Shown piece by piece: positions 42,802-47,559 of a stretch of DNA of 47,559 bases (positions are counted from its first letter, which is position 1; the number at the start of each line of letters is the position of its first letter). Source of the DNA: Gaiellales bacterium (GTDB taxonomy: Bacteria > Actinomycetota > Thermoleophilia > Gaiellales > F1-60-MAGs149). The notes under the pieces were generated by a model that was not told the origin of the DNA, ran no database searches, and was given only the letters and a program-made list of their open reading frames with translations. A program made the translations under genes and the position numbers. The DNA is taken from positions 1 through 47,559 of the forward strand of contig JBPCSR010000172.1 in NCBI GenBank assembly GCA_051006935.1, read 5' to 3'.

Positions 42802-45255
42802 ATGAGTGACGTCTTTGGCACTGAGATCGCCGTCGAGGTCGCCGCGGGGGATATCAGCCTCCGCTTCGCGACCGGTCAGATGGCGAAGCAGGCCGACGGG
42901 GCGGTGCTGGTCTCCAGCGCCGACACCGTCGTGCTGTCGACCGTCGTCGGAGCGCAGGAGGCCCGCCCTGGCGCGGACTTCTTCCCGCTGACCGTTGACG
43001 TCGAGGAGAAGATGTACGCCGCTGGCAAGATCCCGGGCGGGTTCTTCAAGCGCGAGGGCAAGGCGACTGAGAAGGCGACGCTCAACGCGCGCATGATCGA
43101 CCGCCCGATCCGCCCGCTGTTCCCGAAGGGCTTCCGCAACGAGGTCCAGGTGATCGGCACCGTGCTGAGCGTCGACATGATCGTCTCGCACGACATCCTG
43201 GCGATGAACGGGGCGTCCGCCGCGCTGATGATCTCGCCGCTGCCGTTCGACGGTCCCGTCGGCGCCGTGCGCGTCGGCCTGATCGACGGCGAGCTGCGCG
43301 TCAACCCGTCGATGCCCGACATGCTCGAGAGCGATCTCGACCTCATCGTCTGCGGCACGCCCGAGGCCATCACGATGGTCGAGGCCGGCGCCAACGTCGT
43401 CGCCGAGGACAAGATGGTCGAGGCGCTCGAGCTGGCGCACACCGTCATCAAGGACATCTGCGCGGCCCAGCTCGACCTGCAGGCCAAGGCCGGCAAGGCG
43501 AAGTGGTACTCCGCCGAGGTCGACGCCGAGCTCGACGCCAAGTACGGCTCGCTGTTCGACAGCGAGATCGCCGCGCACGGCATCGCCGGCGTCGAGAAGG
43601 CCCAGGCCGCCGCGTTCGCGCAGGAGTGCCCGCCCGTCTCGGCCGACGCGACCGAGGAGGTCATGGTGCGGCGCACGCAGGTGCGCTTCGCGCTCGGCTT
43701 CATCGCCGACCGCCGCCGCGCCGCCGCCGTGAAGGCGCCAGTGCAGGAGCAGTTCGAGGCCGACATCCGCGCGCTCAGCGACGCGGAGCAGGACTCCAAG
43801 GAGCTGAAGAGCGCCAAGCGCACGGCCCTGATCGATCGCATCGTCGCGGAGATCAAGCTGCCGTTCCCGACGGGCGCCGAGAACGGCCTCGACGCGGCCA
43901 CCACCGCCGCCGTCAAGTCCGCTGTGGACAGCGTCTACAAGCACATCGTCCGCACCAAGATCGCTGTCGACAAGCGCCGCCCCGACGGCCGATCGGAGAA
44001 CGAGATCCGCCCGATCGCGGTGCGCGTCGGCGCCATGCCGCGCACGCACGGCTCGGCGATCTTCACCCGCGGCCAGACGCAGGCGCTGACGCTGGTGACG
44101 CTCGGCACGATGAAGGAGGAGCAGCGCATCGACGATCTCTCCCTGGAGAACACGAAGCGCTACATCCACCACTACAACTTCCCGCCGTTCAGCGTGGGCG
44201 AGACCGGCTTCATGCGCGGTCCGAAGCGCCGCGACATCGGCCACGGCGCGCTCGCAGAGCGCGCGCTGGTCCCGGTCGTGCCGCCGGCGGACGAGTTCGC
44301 GTACACGATGCGCGCCGTCTCGGAGATCCTCGAGTCGAACGGGTCGTCGTCGATGGCGTCGGTCTGCGGCTCGAGCCTGGCGCTGATGGACGCGGGCGTG
44401 CCGATCAAGGCGCCGGTCGCGGGCATCGCGATGGGCCTGATCAAGGAGGGCGACAGCCTCGTCATCCTGACCGACATCCAGGGCGCCGAGGATCACCTCG
44501 GTGACATGGACTTCAAGGTCGCGGGCACGGCCGAGGGCATCACCGCCCTCCAGATGGACATCAAGATCACGGGTGTCACCCGCGAGCTGCTGAAGGACGC
44601 CCTGTCCCGCGCCAAGGACGCCCGCCTCAGCATCCTCGGCATCATGGGTACCGCCATCTCCACGCCGCGCGAGCAGCTCTCCGAGCATGCCCCGCAGGTG
44701 CTGCAGACGACGATCCTGCCGGAGCAGATCGGCCTCCTGATCGGCAAGGGCGGCGAGACGATCCGCGGCCTGCAGGAGGAGTTCAGCGTCCAGATCGACG
44801 TGGAGGAGGACGGCAGCGTCCGCATCTACGGCGTCGGCCAGGAGGCCGTGGACGCCAAGAACCAGATCGATCAGATGATGCGCCCCGTCCAGGTGGGTGA
44901 CGTGTTCACTGAGCGCAAGGTCGTCAAGACCGCCGACTTCGGCGCCTTCGTCGAGCTGCGCAAGGGCACGGACGGCCTGCTGCACGTGTCGCGCATCGCG
45001 CCCGGCACGCGCATCTCGTCGGCCGACCAGGTGCTCGACCGCGGCGACCTCGTCAACGTCGAGGTGACCGAGGTCGACACCGACCGCGGCCGCATCGGCC
45101 TCAAACTGGTCGCCAAGATCGAGGACGGCGTCGAGGTCTCGCCCGAGACCGTCGGCGAGCGCTACAAGGAGCAGTACCCCGATGGCGGTGGCGACAGCGG
45201 CCGCGATCGGGGCGACCGCGGCGACCGCGGCGGCCGCCGCCGTCGTTCGGAGTAA
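42802..45255 (+). CDS. pnp: Polyribonucleotide nucleotidyltransferase (PNPase)
   Basis: 817 aa with two RNase PH domains, KH and S1 domains, and an Arg/Gly/Asp tail (RDRGDRGDRGGRRRRSE). Confidence 0.95.
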   Translation: MSDVFGTEIAVEVAAGDISLRFATGQMAKQADGAVLVSSADTVVLSTVVGAQEARPGADFFPLTVDVEEKMYAAGKIPGGFFKREGKATEKATLNARMIDRPIRPLFPKGFRNEVQVIGTVLSVDMIVSHDILAMNGASAALMISPLPFDGPVGAVRVGLIDGELRVNPSMPDMLESDLDLIVCGTPEAITMVEAGANVVAEDKMVEALELAHTVIKDICAAQLDLQAKAGKAKWYSAEVDAELDAKYGSLFDSEIAAHGIAGVEKAQAAAFAQECPPVSADATEEVMVRRTQVRFALGFIADRRRAAAVKAPVQEQFEADIRALSDAEQDSKELKSAKRTALIDRIVAEIKLPFPTGAENGLDAATTAAVKSAVDSVYKHIVRTKIAVDKRRPDGRSENEIRPIAVRVGAMPRTHGSAIFTRGQTQALTLVTLGTMKEEQRIDDLSLENTKRYIHHYNFPPFSVGETGFMRGPKRRDIGHGALAERALVPVVPPADEFAYTMRAVSEILESNGSSSMASVCGSSLALMDAGVPIKAPVAGIAMGLIKEGDSLVILTDIQGAEDHLGDMDFKVAGTAEGITALQMDIKITGVTRELLKDALSRAKDARLSILGIMGTAISTPREQLSEHAPQVLQTTILPEQIGLLIGKGGETIRGLQEEFSVQIDVEEDGSVRIYGVGQEAVDAKNQIDQMMRPVQVGDVFTERKVVKTADFGAFVELRKGTDGLLHVSRIAPGTRISSADQVLDRGDLVNVEVTEVDTDRGRIGLKLVAKIEDGVEVSPETVGERYKEQYPDGGGDSGRDRGDRGDRGGRRRRSE

Positions 45256-45265
45256 CGGGGAGCGC

Positions 45266-46546
45266 ATGCGCCCCGGCGTCGAGGTGTCGGAACTCGCGAG
45301 CGCCCTTCGGGTCGCGAGCGAGTTCCGCCCCGACGTGCACGGCGTGGCGTTCGGGACGTGGATCCGCGTCGGCTCGCGCGACGAGGACGTCCACGACGCG
45401 GGCGTCTCGCACCTGCTCGAGCATCTGCTGTTCCGCGGCACCGCGCGCCATGACGCGCTGACGATCGCCGAGGCCTTCGACCGCTTCGGCTCCGACCTCG
45501 CGGCGTCGACGTCGCGCGAGGAGACCGACCTCAGCGCGCGCGTGCTCAAGGAGCACCTGCCGGAGGCGATCGACATCGTCGGCTCGATGGTCGCGGTGCC
45601 GCAGTTCAACGACATCGAGCCCGAGCGCGAGGTGGTGCTCGAGGAGCTCGCGCTCTACGAGGACACGCCGGACGACCTCGTCCACGACATCCTCGGCGAG
45701 ACGCTGTTCCCCGAGCAGGCCGTGGGCCGCCCGATCGCGGGCACGGCCGCGACCGTCTCGGCGCTCGACGAGCCGATGATCCGCACGCACCACGCGCGCC
45801 ACTACACGGGCGACCAGGTCGTCATCGCGGTGGCCGGCCCGGTCGAGCACGTCGAGGTGCTCGAGCTCGTCGGCGGCGCGTTCGACGGACTCGGCCGCGG
45901 CACCGTCCACGACCGGCTCGACGCGCGGCCCGCCAAGGGCGCGGTGACCTTCACCGAGCGCGACACGGAGCAGACGCACATTGCGATCGGCGGCGCCGGC
46001 ATCGGCCGCAGAGACGAGCGCCGCTTCGCGCTCGCCGTGCTCGACCAGATCCTCGGCGGCGGCGCGGCCTCGCGGTTCTGGCAGGAGATCCGCGAGCAGC
46101 GGGGCCTCGTCTACAGCGTCTACAGCTACGTCACGTACTTCGAGGAGTCGGGGCAGGTGGGGCTCGCGCTCGGCACCCGCCCGGAGAACCTCGAGGAGGC
46201 GCTCGCCATCGCCGGGACGGAAATCGCCGACCTCGCGGCCGGCAATTTCAACGACGGCGAGATCGAGCGCGCCCGGGACAACCTCAAGGCCCGGCTCCTC
46301 CTGAACATGGACTCGACCGTGGCCCGTATGAGCCGGCTCGGCCGCAGCCTCATCTCGGACATCCCCCTGATGGAGGACGCGGAGGTCGCCCGCCGCATCG
46401 ATGCGGTCACCGCCGCCGACGTGCGCGACCTGATGCGGGAGCTCTACGCTCCCGACGTGCTCTGCGTCTCCGGCATCGGCTCCGACCGCGCGGCGTTCGA
46501 CCGCGCGCTCGACGCGTTCCGCCAGCCCGTCGGGGGCGCCGCATGA
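45266..46546 (+). CDS. M16-family zinc peptidase (PepR-like)
   Basis: About 426 aa with inverted zinc motif HLLEHLLFRGT. Start at MRPGVEV preceded by GGGGAG. Confidence 0.85.
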   Translation: MRPGVEVSELASALRVASEFRPDVHGVAFGTWIRVGSRDEDVHDAGVSHLLEHLLFRGTARHDALTIAEAFDRFGSDLAASTSREETDLSARVLKEHLPEAIDIVGSMVAVPQFNDIEPEREVVLEELALYEDTPDDLVHDILGETLFPEQAVGRPIAGTAATVSALDEPMIRTHHARHYTGDQVVIAVAGPVEHVEVLELVGGAFDGLGRGTVHDRLDARPAKGAVTFTERDTEQTHIAIGGAGIGRRDERRFALAVLDQILGGGAASRFWQEIREQRGLVYSVYSYVTYFEESGQVGLALGTRPENLEEALAIAGTEIADLAAGNFNDGEIERARDNLKARLLLNMDSTVARMSRLGRSLISDIPLMEDAEVARRIDAVTAADVRDLMRELYAPDVLCVSGIGSDRAAFDRALDAFRQPVGGAA

Positions 46547-47241
46547 CCCGCGTGCTGGTGAGCGGGGCGACGGGCAAGCTCGGCGCGCCGATCTGCGCCG
46601 CGCTCGCGGAGGCCGACGATCTCACGCTCGCCGGCCGCGTCGCGCGGTCGCTGTCGGGCGGCGAGGGCTTCGCCGACGTGGCCGAGGCGATTCCCGCCAC
46701 GCAGGCGGAGCTGCTCGTCGACGTGACCGCGCCGGACGCCGCCGAGGCCCACGTCCATGCCGGCCTCGCCGCGGGCATCCCCGTCGTCCTCGGCACCACC
46801 GGACTCGACGCCGACGCCCGCGGTCGCATCGACGCCGCCGCGGGCGCCGCCGGGCTGCCCGTGCTGTTCGCGCCGAACTTCGCGATCACCGCCGTGCTGA
46901 TGATGCGCTTCGCGGCCGAGGCCGCGCGGGTGCTCGACGGGGGCTGCGCGATCGTCGAGGAGCACAATCCGGCCAAGGTCGACCATCCCAGCGGCACGGC
47001 GCTGCGCACCGCCGAGCTGATCGAGGAGGCGTCGGGCCGCCGCCCGGAGATCTCGTCGCTCCGTCTCGAGGGGCTGGTCGCGAACCAGAGCGTCATCTTC
47101 GGCGCGCAGGCGCAGACGCTCGAGATCCGCAACGTCACGACCAGCCGGGAGGCGTTCGTCCCGGGCGTCCTGCTCGCGATCCGCCGGGTCGGCGGGCTTG
47201 CTCCGGGCCTGCACGTCGGCCTCGAGCACGTGCTCGACTAG
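46543..47241 (+). CDS. dapB: 4-hydroxy-tetrahydrodipicolinate reductase
   Basis: 232 aa. VLVSGATGKLG NAD(P) fold, FAPNFAI, EEHNPAKVDHPSGTA. The ATG overlaps the M16 stop (ATGA). Confidence 0.88.
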   Translation: MTRVLVSGATGKLGAPICAALAEADDLTLAGRVARSLSGGEGFADVAEAIPATQAELLVDVTAPDAAEAHVHAGLAAGIPVVLGTTGLDADARGRIDAAAGAAGLPVLFAPNFAITAVLMMRFAAEAARVLDGGCAIVEEHNPAKVDHPSGTALRTAELIEEASGRRPEISSLRLEGLVANQSVIFGAQAQTLEIRNVTTSREAFVPGVLLAIRRVGGLAPGLHVGLEHVLD

Positions 47242-47243
47242 CT

Positions 47244-47274
47244 CCGCTCCGCGCCGGAGCGCGAAGCGGAGCGG
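47244..47274. terminator. Hairpin between convergent dapB and the small membrane ORF (candidate bidirectional terminator)
   Basis: CCGCTCCGC-N13-GCGGAGCGG, a 9-bp perfect stem. This is the only convergent junction in the window with room for a hairpin. Confidence 0.5.
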
Positions 47275-47280
47275 TGTCGA

Positions 47281-47484
47281 TCAGTCGCCGGCGGCGGGTG
47301 CCGTGCCCCCGAGGTTCACCTCGGGGTCCTTCACCAGCTTGCGGCGGGCGGGCGTGCCGGCCCAGTAGAACGCGAGGCCGACGAGGATCGTCACGCCGAT
47401 CGCGATGAACGCGTAGGTCGTGTACTGGCTGCGGGTCACGGCCTCGGGCAGCGCGGCCGATGCGTTCAACGTGATGATCGGCAT
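47281..47484 (-). CDS. Small single-pass membrane protein (67 aa, unknown function)
   Basis: GAGGAG lies 4 nt before the ATG. TM helix YAFIAIGVTILVGLAFYWAG then a basic tail. It is the only open phase across 47281-47416, with high third-position GC. The ORF-track start at 47538 is less likely because its N-terminus is Lys-rich. Confidence 0.5.
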   Translation of the reverse strand: MPIITLNASAALPEAVTRSQYTTYAFIAIGVTILVGLAFYWAGTPARRKLVKDPEVNLGGTAPAAGD

Positions 47485-47559
47485 CGTGCTCCTCTTCACG
47501 ACGCTCAGCTTCATCGTGATCTTCCCGGCCGTGATCAAGCTCCGCTACTCGCACGGCCA

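Noticed and set aside
1-47559. CRISPR arrays, insertion sequences, prophage or known defence-system genes
   Set aside because: I saw no spaced direct repeats, transposase or integrase motifs, or nuclease/ATPase/methylase gene sets. Every sizeable ORF with good coding signal has a metabolic, housekeeping or envelope assignment, or is a small unknown.

Overview
This is a very GC-rich window (about 70% or more by eye, not computed), densely packed with about 41 protein genes and one tRNA. I saw no rRNA, CRISPR array, transposase, integrase or phage genes.

Housekeeping blocks:
- secDF (fused)-recJ-rel
- HIT-phosphomannomutase operon
- era
- glnA
- rpsO-pnp-M16 peptidase-dapB

These are interleaved with accessory or catabolic blocks:
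(a) A leaderless TetR-led six-gene operon: Rieske oxygenase, small unknown protein, NDP-forming acyl-CoA synthetase, acyl-CoA dehydrogenase, and a second NDP-forming synthetase.
(b) lutABC.
(c) A GntR-gated island: cytochrome P450, a glutamine-synthetase-like ligase, a signal-less SBP-fold protein, a PuuD-like gamma-glutamyl hydrolase, a molybdopterin oxidoreductase and a PuuB-like FAD oxidase.
(d) A cell-envelope and miscellaneous block: DUF4015-type glycoside hydrolase, a DeoC-like protein lacking its catalytic lysine, polysaccharide deacetylase, PepF, an orphan methylaspartate ammonia-lyase, TauE and VIT1 transporters.

The best candidate for an undescribed system is island (c), which looks like a gamma-glutamylation route for an unknown amine. 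It has two near-identical palindromic operators, one on the regulator gene and one on the P450 gene.

Sequence-level signals:
- Fourteen genes carry a TAnnnT hexamer exactly 6-7 nt upstream of the start codon, the leaderless-mRNA architecture.
- Nine 4-nt start/stop overlaps (ATGA/GTGA/TTGA) mark operons.
- Seven of eight convergent gene pairs abut or overlap within 6 nt.
- A 52-nt AT-rich compound palindrome lies between recJ and rel.

Gene content and synteny suggest a deep-branching high-GC Actinomycetota lineage (Thermoleophilia/Rubrobacteria-like). That is inference only. All product calls rest on motifs I recognise in the translations; no database search was run.
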